DNA from: Flammeovirga kamogawensis
Lineage (GTDB): Bacteria; Bacteroidota; Bacteroidia; Cytophagales; Flammeovirgaceae
Assembly: GCF_018736065.1 (NCBI RefSeq)
Contig: NZ_CP076130.1
Coordinates: 584,633 to 616,632, forward strand
Direction: 5' to 3'
DNA: 32,000 nucleotides
In this document: positions 9,701-17,065 of the stretch, piece after piece
How positions within the stretch are numbered: position 1 is the first letter of the stretch
Layout of the letters: every line of letters starts with the position of its first letter
Program-made: the position numbers and the translations under genes
Notes under the pieces: generated by a model
What the model saw: the letters and a program-made list of their open reading frames with translations, nothing else
Told to the model about the DNA's origin: nothing
Databases searched by the model: none

Positions 9701-9893
9701 TATTGCTAAGAAAATAAGTGCAGAATCTATTAGAATTTACGCTTCTGCTCAAGATGTTTGGACACTTACTAACTACTCTGGGTTTGATCCTGAAGTTAGT
9801 GTAGGTGGTTACGGTGCCATGACACCTGGTTACGATTATTTGGCCTACCCAAGAGCCGCAACTTATGTAGTAGGTTTCAATATTAACTTCTAA
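6753..9893 (+). CDS. SusC/RagA-family TonB-dependent outer-membrane transporter
   Basis: 1046 aa with a signal peptide. It has a carboxypeptidase-regulatory-like N-domain (VKGVVYDETGATLPGAQVMIKGTDKGVVTDFDGNFKF), a plug region (DEIVVVGYGVQDKRDVSGSIASV) and a C-terminal ...VVGFNINF. SusD follows after only 4 nt. There is no STN/anti-sigma signalling domain at the N-terminus. Confidence 0.95.
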   Translation: MKSKLLTKGLYSVLFLWMLSIPLTYGQGVPSVKGVVYDETGATLPGAQVMIKGTDKGVVTDFDGNFKFVNVRPTDVLMISYIGYETTFIKIGTQTEVKVALTLDTEVLDEIVVVGYGVQDKRDVSGSIASVDSETFENNAAANFDEMLSGQVAGMSASTGEGTPGAAANIVIRGGNSITGDNSPLYVVDGFPMEDFDPSSISPSDIKGFEVLKDASATAIYGSRGANGVIIITTKGGKAGKFKVGLTHSTGVALEPNGLALMSPYEFVKMQEEIAISKGGDFSEQFYNTWVDPELYKDMEAIDWQDRIMQDALFTKTGVTFSGGNEQTKHYTSLNYMNQDGVLLSTGYENISARMKIDHKLHNNGKIGINLNYTHSEREGLNNNKKALQDAWRLRPVDPINPDGRENGIDENNVNDNRYDPVATLNNTENNLNRNELRAIGYYEQPINKHLKFRIAGSAKTLNETQTMFFDENTYSGSRTSKGVNGSILNNESTTLKNTNTVTYNNKWGKHKLQMVGGAEFSHYQRAYVKTVAEQMMPGTGIEDIRPGTSKTSYSDSYYEEDGLASYFARATYSFKGKYILTGTYRMDGSSKFRGDNKYGHFPSLGAAWRMGDEPWMKSQNIFSDFKFRGGYGVTGNNRIHDYAAYSQMSVENNSGYILEGEYYPGVVYNELASQDLKWETTFQSNFGVDMGFLNDKLNVTVDLYQKRTKDLLLNAEVPESSGFSTVFINVGEVQNRGVEFTISNVNIDRNDFKWTSSLNLSHNKNEVLALNNGQDYILSTPGPWSTSSPIDEYMFITQVGQPVGQFYGLQYEGLYSNDDFYYIDGKYELKPGIPNNGNEVIPGSPKYKDVNGDGTIDERDRTVVGDATPLFFGGFTNTVKYKNFDLAFTFTFSYGGELINANRIENESPDVNLNINYFEAVDNRYTKENPNGDVHIIRGDIQGENQVVGRPPNGNQFSSQYVEDGSYLKLKNITLGYTFDKRIAKKISAESIRIYASAQDVWTLTNYSGFDPEVSVGGYGAMTPGYDYLAYPRAATYVVGFNINF

Positions 9894-9897
9894 AAAA

Positions 9898-11592
9898 ATG
9901 AAAAGATATATAAATTGTATTTGGTTTGTATTGCTTGGTTTAGCAACAAGCTGTACTAGTCTTCTTGAAAAAGAGCCTATATCAACATCTAATGCAGAAA
10001 CGTTTTATAAAACAGTAGATGATGTTGAACTAACATTAATGGGTACATACAGTGCTTTACAAGCAAAAGGTACTTATAGTGGTAATATTCCAGTTTTAAT
10101 GAACACTGGAACAGATGAAGCCTTGTATTCAAGACCCTACAACAGTTGGACGACAAGTTACTATCAACATACAAGCTCAACGGAAGATATTCGTATGATT
10201 TGGAGAGATCTTTACTTTGGAATTTCTCAAGCAAATTCAACTTTAACAGGTTTATCTATTGTTGAAGGTGATGTTGAAAGAAAAACTGAAATTGAAGCTG
10301 AAGCAAGAACATTAAGGGCACTATTTTACTTAGACCTTGTTCGTTTCTTCGAGAATGTACCTCTTATATTAACGCCTACAACTGATATTGATAATTTGTA
10401 CCCATCACAAGCAGAACCAATGGAAGTGTACAAGCAAATTATTGAAGATTTACAGTTTGGTACTGCACATTTAAAATGGGGTGCTGATGTACAAGCAGGT
10501 AGAGTATCTAATGCTTTAGCGCATGGCGTATTAAGCAGAGTATACCTTGACCTTGCTGGTGAACAAATGGCCAAGTATAGTGATATTTCTAAAGATGAAT
10601 GTTACAAATTAGTAGTGGCTCACTCAGATTCTGTAATAAATAATGGATACCACACATTAAATAGTGATTACCCATTAATCTTTAAAAATCTAGCAAAAAA
10701 CATCTACGAAACTAGAGAAGTAATCTTCCAAATTGGTTTCCAAAACATGTTAGCAGATGGTTTATCAGAAGGTGGGCAACATGGTAATTTAAATGGTCCT
10801 TCTACCAACTTTAATAACCAAACAGAGCCTTTTGCATATGCTTTTCAGTTTACAACAATTATGCATGTAAATGCTTATGAGCATGCTAACATCCCTGATG
10901 TTAATAATGTAGGTTTAATGAAAGACACTATTTTGGACCAACGTTATACTTGGAATATTGGTAACTTTAAATACAAATTAGAAGATAGCAACGACCCTAC
11001 AAGTAAAAAAGCAGTGGCATTTTTGGCAACTGCAGAGAAAAATAAAAATGAGTACTACCCTGGTAAGTTCAGAAGGGTAAACCATAATTTAGTAGGATTT
11101 GATGCAGATGGTGAGCCTATCTATGACGTAAGTACATTAGAAGTTGGAGCTATTGCAAAAAATGAAACAAATATAGATTTCCCTTATATGCGTTATGCAG
11201 AAATTTTCTTAAATAAAGCAGAAGCAGAATATGAGTTAGGAAATTTAGATGCGGCAAAACTAAGTTTAAACAAGATCAGAAATAGAGCTGGTTTAGAAGA
11301 CTATGCTTTAAATAATGATCGCCTACAAAGTAGCATTCGTGACGAAAGAATGAGAGAACTTTGCTATGAAGGTTTCAGAAAGAAAGACCTAATTCGTTGG
11401 GGGATTTTAGCAGATAGATTACATGAGTTAAAAGAGCAAATGCTCCTATCAGATCTTGATCCAGCCTCTGGAAAATACTTCTTATTTAGAGCAAGTGATT
11501 ACGTTAAATATCCTAAGCATTCTGTATTGCCAATTCCAAATAGAGAGATAACAAACAACCCTAACCTAGTGCAACATACGTATTGGCAATAA
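9898..11592 (+). CDS. SusD/RagB-family nutrient-binding lipoprotein
   Basis: Lipobox LLGLATSC|TS. It is 564 aa with TPR-like helical content and the typical C-terminal MRYAEIFLNKAEAEYELGN and RDERMRELCYEGFRKKDLIRWG motifs. It is paired with the susC-like gene. Confidence 0.93.
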   Translation: MKRYINCIWFVLLGLATSCTSLLEKEPISTSNAETFYKTVDDVELTLMGTYSALQAKGTYSGNIPVLMNTGTDEALYSRPYNSWTTSYYQHTSSTEDIRMIWRDLYFGISQANSTLTGLSIVEGDVERKTEIEAEARTLRALFYLDLVRFFENVPLILTPTTDIDNLYPSQAEPMEVYKQIIEDLQFGTAHLKWGADVQAGRVSNALAHGVLSRVYLDLAGEQMAKYSDISKDECYKLVVAHSDSVINNGYHTLNSDYPLIFKNLAKNIYETREVIFQIGFQNMLADGLSEGGQHGNLNGPSTNFNNQTEPFAYAFQFTTIMHVNAYEHANIPDVNNVGLMKDTILDQRYTWNIGNFKYKLEDSNDPTSKKAVAFLATAEKNKNEYYPGKFRRVNHNLVGFDADGEPIYDVSTLEVGAIAKNETNIDFPYMRYAEIFLNKAEAEYELGNLDAAKLSLNKIRNRAGLEDYALNNDRLQSSIRDERMRELCYEGFRKKDLIRWGILADRLHELKEQMLLSDLDPASGKYFLFRASDYVKYPKHSVLPIPNREITNNPNLVQHTYWQ

Positions 11593-11628
11593 TTGTTTTT
11601 TCTTTAACTGATTTAAGATTTTATTAAA

Positions 11629-12357
11629 ATGAAAAGAAATATATACTTCCTCTTTGTTACTGTCATGATCGCTCTTTTGAGTAGTTCATGTCAGCAACAA
11701 GAAAAGGAAAACATTGAAAAAGGTACTGTTCGTTTATCAGATATTTTAGTAACAAACCACATGAGCAATGCGAAAGTTACTACTACAGATGGTTCTGATT
11801 TTAGAGTTGAATTAAGAACAGACCCTCAGATTCCAGGTGAATACCTCGGTACTGTTGCAGAAATTGAAGGAAAAGATATGCTTCTAAATGTTGGTGCATA
11901 TTATATCTATGTTGCATCTAAAGAGTTATCAGATACATTTATAGCTCCTAGCTTTACAGCTGCTCCATATTATGATGGAGTATCTGAAGAGGTTTTTGTT
12001 AAAGCAGGCGTAACCTACTCAGCTTCCGTTATCTGTAAAATTAGAAATACAAAAATTGGTATTTCTTATACTGATGCATACAAAACAAAATACCCTACAA
12101 GATCGGTAACTTTTACTACCGCTTCTGGAGAAAGTTTAGTTTTTAGTGGAGATACTGAAACTCAATTTGGGTTATTTGATCCAAGAGATGGTGGGTATAC
12201 TGCAGTTGTTTCTGCAACAGATGTAGACAATAAAACGATTACACAAACTTTCATGATCGAACAACCTCAAGCAAACGAATTCTATTCTATTTCAATTCAA
12301 TTACCAAGTAGTACAAGTGCTACTCTAGTTAAATCAATTGAAAAGTCAACTTTTTAA
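11629..12357 (+). CDS. PUL-associated lipoprotein (N-terminal module paralogous to the next gene; possibly DUF4493-like)
   Basis: Lipobox IALLSSSC|QQQ. KGTVRLSDILV...FRVELRTDP...APYYDGVSEEVFVKAGVTYSASVICKIRNTKIGISYTDAY aligns by eye with 12370..13818. Confidence 0.6.
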   Translation: MKRNIYFLFVTVMIALLSSSCQQQEKENIEKGTVRLSDILVTNHMSNAKVTTTDGSDFRVELRTDPQIPGEYLGTVAEIEGKDMLLNVGAYYIYVASKELSDTFIAPSFTAAPYYDGVSEEVFVKAGVTYSASVICKIRNTKIGISYTDAYKTKYPTRSVTFTTASGESLVFSGDTETQFGLFDPRDGGYTAVVSATDVDNKTITQTFMIEQPQANEFYSISIQLPSSTSATLVKSIEKSTF

Positions 12358-12369
12358 ACGTCTCTAAAA

Positions 12370-13818
12370 ATGAAATTCATAAAATATATCATTGGGTTCT
12401 TAGGAGTGGCGTTACTGTTCACTTCATGCGATACTACAAAAGAAGAAAGTGCACCTATCTCTAAAGGAAAAGGGGCTGTTCAACTTTTAGACGCTAAAGT
12501 TTTAGATTTACAATTTGGCAAACTTGTTCCCTCTTTTGATCTTGTAACAGATACCTTTACAGTAGAGTTAAGAACGGAACAACATGCAGAAGGAATTGAC
12601 TTAGGAAAAGTTTTCGAAATCAAAGGAAAGAAAATTGAAGTAGTTCCAGGTAATTATGTTCTTTGTGTTCATTCAAATAATAAATCAGTTGCTGCATTTG
12701 ATATGCCTTATTACGCAGGTTGGTCTTCTTCTTTTGATATTAAAGAAGGTGAATTATTCACAATAGATAATGTGATGACGCAAATTCAAAATATTGCCGT
12801 TACCATTGATTATACTACAGCAACTAAAAATACATTTTCAAACCGTGAGGTAATCATCAATACATTATCTAATCATTCTTTAGTGTACAGTAACCAAACG
12901 GGAACCGATGCTAAAATTGGTTATTTTGATGCTACAGATGTGCCTTTAACTGCAAACGTTCTATTATTAGACCAAGTAACTGGAAAAGAATACACTACAT
13001 CTTTTGCCATAGATGGTGCTAAAATGGAATATACTTACACAATTGATGTAAATACAACGACGCCAGAAGATACACAAGGTGCTGTAAAATTTAATGTTAC
13101 AATTTCTGACGAGATGAAAGAAATACCTTTAACGTGGGTTGTACAAGGAGAAAAAACAGTTATTTGGTCTGATGGTTTTAGTGAAATGGCGGAGGATGAA
13201 AATGTTGTTTTAGCAGATTTAGACTTAGATCAATCTACTGCAGATGGTCCATTTACTGTTGGTGGCTACACTGTGTATTCAGATTTTGGCGATGTAGGTT
13301 ACAATAAAAATACAGGAGATGTAGATACGAATAAATTGTCGGTATGGCTGTTTGGTCAGAATGGTGCTTATTCATCTACAGGTGAAAACGAAACTGTACC
13401 TGGATTCTATTTTAGATCTAACGAAGCTGCAAATAGAGATTGGTTAATCTCTCCAGAAATTGATTTAACCAACTGCTCTCAATTAGAATTTGAATATTAT
13501 GCCGTTACCCTATTTGGTGGCGATGATTCTAATACAAATATTCAGATTTCTCTTATTGATGCTACTGAATACAATGAAAATGACATCCCTAATTTACCTT
13601 GGGTGGAAATAGAAAATAACGAAGAAAAATCAAGCATTAAAACTGCTTTAAGGTTTGAAGGTGACATCCAAGCATTTGAAGGTAAAAAAGTACGCATTGC
13701 TTTTTACTCTCAATCTACTAATAAAGACGGTAGTTTTAATCCAGACTTTTTAGACAAACAATACATGTCAAGAGGTCGTCATCTTACTTCTTTATCTATC
13801 AAAGGCTACAAAAACTAG
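12370..13818 (+). CDS. PUL-associated lipoprotein: N-terminal module shared with 11629..12357 plus a C-terminal choice-of-anchor-J-like module
   Basis: Lipobox ALLFTSC|DTT. The N-terminal module reads KGAVQLLDAKV...FTVELRTEQ...MPYYAGWSSSFDIKEGELFTIDNVMTQIQNIAVTIDYTTA. The C-terminal module (aa 262-482) reads VIWSDGFSE...RDWLISPEIDLTNCSQLEFEYY...GKKVRIAFYSQS...HLTSLSIKG. Confidence 0.65.
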   Translation: MKFIKYIIGFLGVALLFTSCDTTKEESAPISKGKGAVQLLDAKVLDLQFGKLVPSFDLVTDTFTVELRTEQHAEGIDLGKVFEIKGKKIEVVPGNYVLCVHSNNKSVAAFDMPYYAGWSSSFDIKEGELFTIDNVMTQIQNIAVTIDYTTATKNTFSNREVIINTLSNHSLVYSNQTGTDAKIGYFDATDVPLTANVLLLDQVTGKEYTTSFAIDGAKMEYTYTIDVNTTTPEDTQGAVKFNVTISDEMKEIPLTWVVQGEKTVIWSDGFSEMAEDENVVLADLDLDQSTADGPFTVGGYTVYSDFGDVGYNKNTGDVDTNKLSVWLFGQNGAYSSTGENETVPGFYFRSNEAANRDWLISPEIDLTNCSQLEFEYYAVTLFGGDDSNTNIQISLIDATEYNENDIPNLPWVEIENNEEKSSIKTALRFEGDIQAFEGKKVRIAFYSQSTNKDGSFNPDFLDKQYMSRGRHLTSLSIKGYKN

Positions 13819-13824
13819 AAAATT

Positions 13825-14313
13825 ATGAAAAAGTTACTTATTTATATTTCTGCAATGTTGTGTATCACTTCATGCTTAAATCCAGAGTACCCTAGCCATA
13901 TCAATACTAATTTTGAAAATGAATTAGAAGGTGAATGGGCCAATGCTAAAATAACCTTACCTAGTGAAGAAGTTACAGATTTTTCTACCATTCAAACAAT
14001 CTCTTTCACAGGGTCTGATAACAGAGTTACAATGAACATACTCCTTGAAGATGGAAGAGATACGGTCCAATATGGAGTTTGGAAATACTCTACTGTAGAA
14101 CAACAAGCCATGGACTCTACCAATATGCGCGTATATACTTGCAATGAGCCTTACTCTTATACGGAGTATGTGAAATTATTAGCCGAAAGTGGAGAAGATT
14201 TAGAAGACATCGTATTTGTACCTTTTAATTTAGATAACAACAACCTGTCTTTTACATTAACAGATACTACAAGCCAATTAGTTATTGGTACCGTTAATAT
14301 GACAAAAAAATAG
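13825..14313 (+). CDS. Small lipoprotein of unknown function (last gene of the Sus-like operon)
   Basis: Lipobox AMLCITSC|LNPE. It is 162 aa, starts 6 nt after the preceding stop, and is followed by a strong terminator. Confidence 0.55.
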   Translation: MKKLLIYISAMLCITSCLNPEYPSHINTNFENELEGEWANAKITLPSEEVTDFSTIQTISFTGSDNRVTMNILLEDGRDTVQYGVWKYSTVEQQAMDSTNMRVYTCNEPYSYTEYVKLLAESGEDLEDIVFVPFNLDNNNLSFTLTDTTSQLVIGTVNMTKK

Positions 14314-14327
14314 GTAAGTAATACCGC

Positions 14328-14370
14328 AAAAAAAGAGCGACATTTCAATATGGAATGTCGCTCTTTTTGT
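14328..14370. terminator. Bidirectional rho-independent terminator separating the Sus-like operon from the minus-strand cassette
   Basis: AAAGAGCGACATTTC (14332..14346) pairs with GGAATGTCGCTCTTT (14352..14366) across a 5-nt loop. An A-run lies upstream and a T-run downstream, so it can work on both strands. Confidence 0.8.
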
Positions 14371-14375
14371 TCTTT

Positions 14376-14663
14376 TCAAATTGATAAATACATTAAGATT
14401 AATATCAAGAATATTAAAAGTATTGATATGAGAATAGCACCATATTGGATTTCTTTTTTTGTATTTGAGTTTTCCTCAGATGTAACATAAAGTGTATACA
14501 TGTTACCAAACATACAACCTGATGTAAACCATATCAATACATTTATTAAATCTTTATCAACAACATCAGTATAAGAAAATGTAAATAAAACTATCAAAAA
14601 TATATTAGAGAGAGTCAATAATATTTTTTCTTTACCAAAGATATTATCAATTATTTTCTTCAT
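14376..14663 (-). CDS. Small polytopic membrane protein (95 aa, about three TM helices), unknown function
   Basis: Three hydrophobic stretches: ILLTLSNIFLIVLFTF, LINVLIWFTSGCMFGNMYTLYV and YGAILISILLIFLILILMYL. The gene starts 12 nt after the stop of the upstream gene. The DNA is very AT-rich. Confidence 0.55.
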   Translation of the reverse strand: MKKIIDNIFGKEKILLTLSNIFLIVLFTFSYTDVVDKDLINVLIWFTSGCMFGNMYTLYVTSEENSNTKKEIQYGAILISILLIFLILILMYLSI

Positions 14664-14675
14664 AAAAAAAACAGT

Positions 14676-15077
14676 TTAACATTCTGATGAGCAATTACAT
14701 ATTGCGATAGTCATTCTCGCTACTCCATAGGCTGCTCCTACACAACCTAACCCTCCATTTCCAGGACATGAAACAAGTGCCATCGATGACCCTAAAAACC
14801 AACCACCTAAAGCCAAATAGTCTAAACATTGTACTCTTTTATTAGATAGGGTTTGGTGTGGATATATTAATCGATGAGTTTTATACATTTCAATTCTTTT
14901 TTTAGAAATATATTCACCTAATAAATGATTATCTGGAATATGTTTTTTGCATTCAGTTATTAAATTACTTATTTCATTTAATAATAATTCACTTGTACCT
15001 AATAACTGAAATGCTTCAACAGGATCTAAATTTGACTTTCTTAAAGAACTTTCATTTTCAAAAGACGCATTATCCAT
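14676..15077 (-). CDS. Hypothetical 133-aa protein: helical N-terminal part, then a GG motif followed by a 41-aa Gly/Cys-rich hydrophobic tail
   Basis: The tail reads ...VQCLDYLALGG|WFLGSSMALVSCPGNGGLGCVGAAYGVARMTIAICNCSSEC, with 5 Cys after the GG. There is no signal peptide. The gene starts 29 nt after the upstream stop. An internal ATG at 14888 (MYKTHRL...) would give a 70-aa product. Confidence 0.55.
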   Translation of the reverse strand: MDNASFENESSLRKSNLDPVEAFQLLGTSELLLNEISNLITECKKHIPDNHLLGEYISKKRIEMYKTHRLIYPHQTLSNKRVQCLDYLALGGWFLGSSMALVSCPGNGGLGCVGAAYGVARMTIAICNCSSEC

Positions 15078-15106
15078 CCACGTTTTACGAGTAACCCAAG
15101 CATTTA

Positions 15107-15814
15107 TTAATCTAAGGTTTTATAGAGATATCTCTTTACCTTTTCTCTGTTTAAGATTAATTCTTCAAAATCGTAGTTACGTCTATTTATTAGATAACCT
15201 TCTTCCTTGAAAACATTAATAACCTTTCTCAAATTTTGGCTTTTTCCCTTTAATAATTGAAATTGAGTTTTTAAAGATTCACTAGTTTCTATAAACCTAT
15301 AAAGAAAAAAGTTACCAATTACTCCGTATTCTCTTCCATAAATAATTTTAACATCAAGATATTGACCAGTCTTCATGTTCTCAAATGCACATTCAGCACC
15401 ATGAAAGAAGTAATTCCATGATGAATTAATTTGTCCTCTCTGATTTTTACTTTTATTTCTTTTTAGATCATTAATTTGAGCAAAATCATTTAGATCAATT
15501 TCAAAAATACTTGCCATCAAATTCATCATTTCATGTGCTTTTCTATCGAACTCTATAAAACATTGTAAGAAACCATCTAAATTAGAAATTACATATTGTG
15601 TTGTTATTGAATTTTCTAATATTAAAATTTTAGACCAAGCAATGTAATAGATTAATTTGGCTTGAAATTTTGATTCCAATTGCTTTAGTATGTTTTCATC
15701 TACAATCACATTCGTAATTGCGATTTGAGAATCTATAGATTCTTCAATTATTCTTTCTAACTCTTGAAATGAAGCTTTTTTGTTTTGGAAATCTATTGAT
15801 ATTTTATTGTCCAT
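15107..15814 (-). CDS. Hypothetical 235-aa soluble protein (C-terminal half possibly DUF6896-like)
   Basis: No signal peptide or TM segment. The C-terminal half (SSWNYFFHGAECAFENMKTGQYLDVKIIYGREYGVIGNFFLYRFIETSE) loosely matches my recollection of DUF6896 proteins, which is unverified. It is the first gene of the three-gene cassette. Confidence 0.5.
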   Translation of the reverse strand: MDNKISIDFQNKKASFQELERIIEESIDSQIAITNVIVDENILKQLESKFQAKLIYYIAWSKILILENSITTQYVISNLDGFLQCFIEFDRKAHEMMNLMASIFEIDLNDFAQINDLKRNKSKNQRGQINSSWNYFFHGAECAFENMKTGQYLDVKIIYGREYGVIGNFFLYRFIETSESLKTQFQLLKGKSQNLRKVINVFKEEGYLINRRNYDFEELILNREKVKRYLYKTLD

Positions 15815-16048
15815 TCAATTTATTGGAGATAATTACAAAAAACATAACACAATTTATTTTCTATAATCAATACTAAATTCATTTAGTAAAACGATGTCTA
15901 AGTTTGTTCTTGATGTTTTAGTTATCAAAAAGAAAAGCTTATTAATCATATGTAAATTGTTGATAATAATTGAGAAAATCAATTGATATATCCTTCATCA
16001 GATCAACCATGGGTTGGTTTAAAATTGTAAATACATTTTTTGATATAG

Positions 16049-16819
16049 TTACCTCACTAAAAATTGATTTACAATTTCCATCAAAATGTTTTTTTGATCT
16101 GTAAATACCTCGTGACCACAAAAGGGAATATTTGCCAAATCAGCGGCATTGATTAATTCAGATAATTCAAATGATGATTGCTTACTGCATAAATGGTCTT
16201 TATCCCCACGGATTATTAAGGTTGGGCAGTCTATATTTTGTACTGTTTCATCTGGATGACCCGTTGATGTTTCATCAATCCACATTTTGACCATAGCCTT
16301 GGTTAGTTTATCAAAATCTGGATCAAGGTTTAGATTTTGATACTGTTCATACGTTTCTGGAAACCTTTCTTTCCATTTTTCTGATGTGATCGCTTCTAAA
16401 AAAACTTTTGAGCTTGCCAGCGATTTTGAATGCCAACTAGAACCAATAATTATTAATTTATCTACTTTTAATGAATTGGAACTCGTTAACCTCAAGGCAG
16501 AAATCCCCCCATCACTAAACCCTAAAATCACAGGGTTTACTAAATTTAATTGTTTAATAATTACTTCAATGTCCTTTTCAATACGAGCATATGTTAGTGC
16601 CGTATTTCCTAAAGTTGATTTACCTTGACCTCTACTATCAATTCCAATAATACGGTATTCATTTTTGAGTAACGGGATAATTCCATTAAAATCTTCTATG
16701 TTTCCAAATCCTCCATGAAGAAATAATAAAGGCTGTTTTTGAGGGTTTCCGATTTCTTCAAAATATATTTTAGCAGAATCAATTTCTATAAATGTATCTG
16801 ATTGATGAGTAAATTTCAT
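16049..16819 (-). CDS. Alpha/beta-fold hydrolase (cytoplasmic, 256 aa)
   Basis: Oxyanion-region motif LLFLHGGFGN, nucleophile elbow ILGFSDGGISA (G-x-S-x-G), and C-terminal DKDHL and CGHEVF residues consistent with an Asp/His triad. No signal peptide. Confidence 0.8.
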   Translation of the reverse strand: MKFTHQSDTFIEIDSAKIYFEEIGNPQKQPLLFLHGGFGNIEDFNGIIPLLKNEYRIIGIDSRGQGKSTLGNTALTYARIEKDIEVIIKQLNLVNPVILGFSDGGISALRLTSSNSLKVDKLIIIGSSWHSKSLASSKVFLEAITSEKWKERFPETYEQYQNLNLDPDFDKLTKAMVKMWIDETSTGHPDETVQNIDCPTLIIRGDKDHLCSKQSSFELSELINAADLANIPFCGHEVFTDQKNILMEIVNQFLVR

Positions 16820-16987
16820 TTTTCTAAGAGTTAATTTTTTTTTACTAAAACACCTATGGTAAGTGTTTTTCGGGTTATAATTAAATATACTATTTTCTTT
16901 TAAAATGAGGTAACTACATGGTAAGGTTCAGCAGATAAATTACCAACTATTATAATTTTCTATGTTTTTACTTTAGCGCACAGAACT

Positions 16988-17026
16988 AAAAAAATGTGTT
17001 GTAGTATTCATAGAGCACTACAACAC
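16988..17026 (-). terminator. Rho-independent terminator of the T9SS esterase gene
   Basis: GTGTTGTAGT (16996..17005) pairs with ACTACAACAC (17017..17026), a perfect 10-bp stem. On the minus strand it is followed by TTTTTTT (plus-strand A-run 16988..16994). Confidence 0.75.
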
Positions 17027-17065
17027 AATTTAGCTTCTAAAGATACAGTTTTTACTTGCTTGTAA

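Noticed and set aside
14157-14348. 63-aa minus-strand ORF overlapping the 3' end of the 162-aa lipoprotein gene and the terminator
   Set aside because: It overlaps a better-supported gene and runs through the terminator hairpin. It has no upstream promoter space.
15894-15986. 30-aa plus-strand ORF (MSKFVLDVLVIKKKSLLIICKLLIIIEKIN) in the leader region upstream of the three-gene cassette
   Set aside because: It is very short, lies on the opposite strand from both neighbours, and sits in AT-rich DNA where such ORFs arise by chance. There is nothing to support it without expression data.
15978-15987. Perfect 10-bp palindrome ATCAATTGAT and the nearby CAACC-ATG-GGTTG mini-hairpin downstream of the alpha/beta hydrolase gene, considered as an operator or terminator
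   Set aside because: The stems are too short and AT-rich to tell from chance in this composition, and there is no adjacent U-tract.
16386-16628. 80-aa plus-strand ORF inside the alpha/beta hydrolase gene
   Set aside because: It is antisense to a gene with clear hydrolase motifs and has no features of its own.
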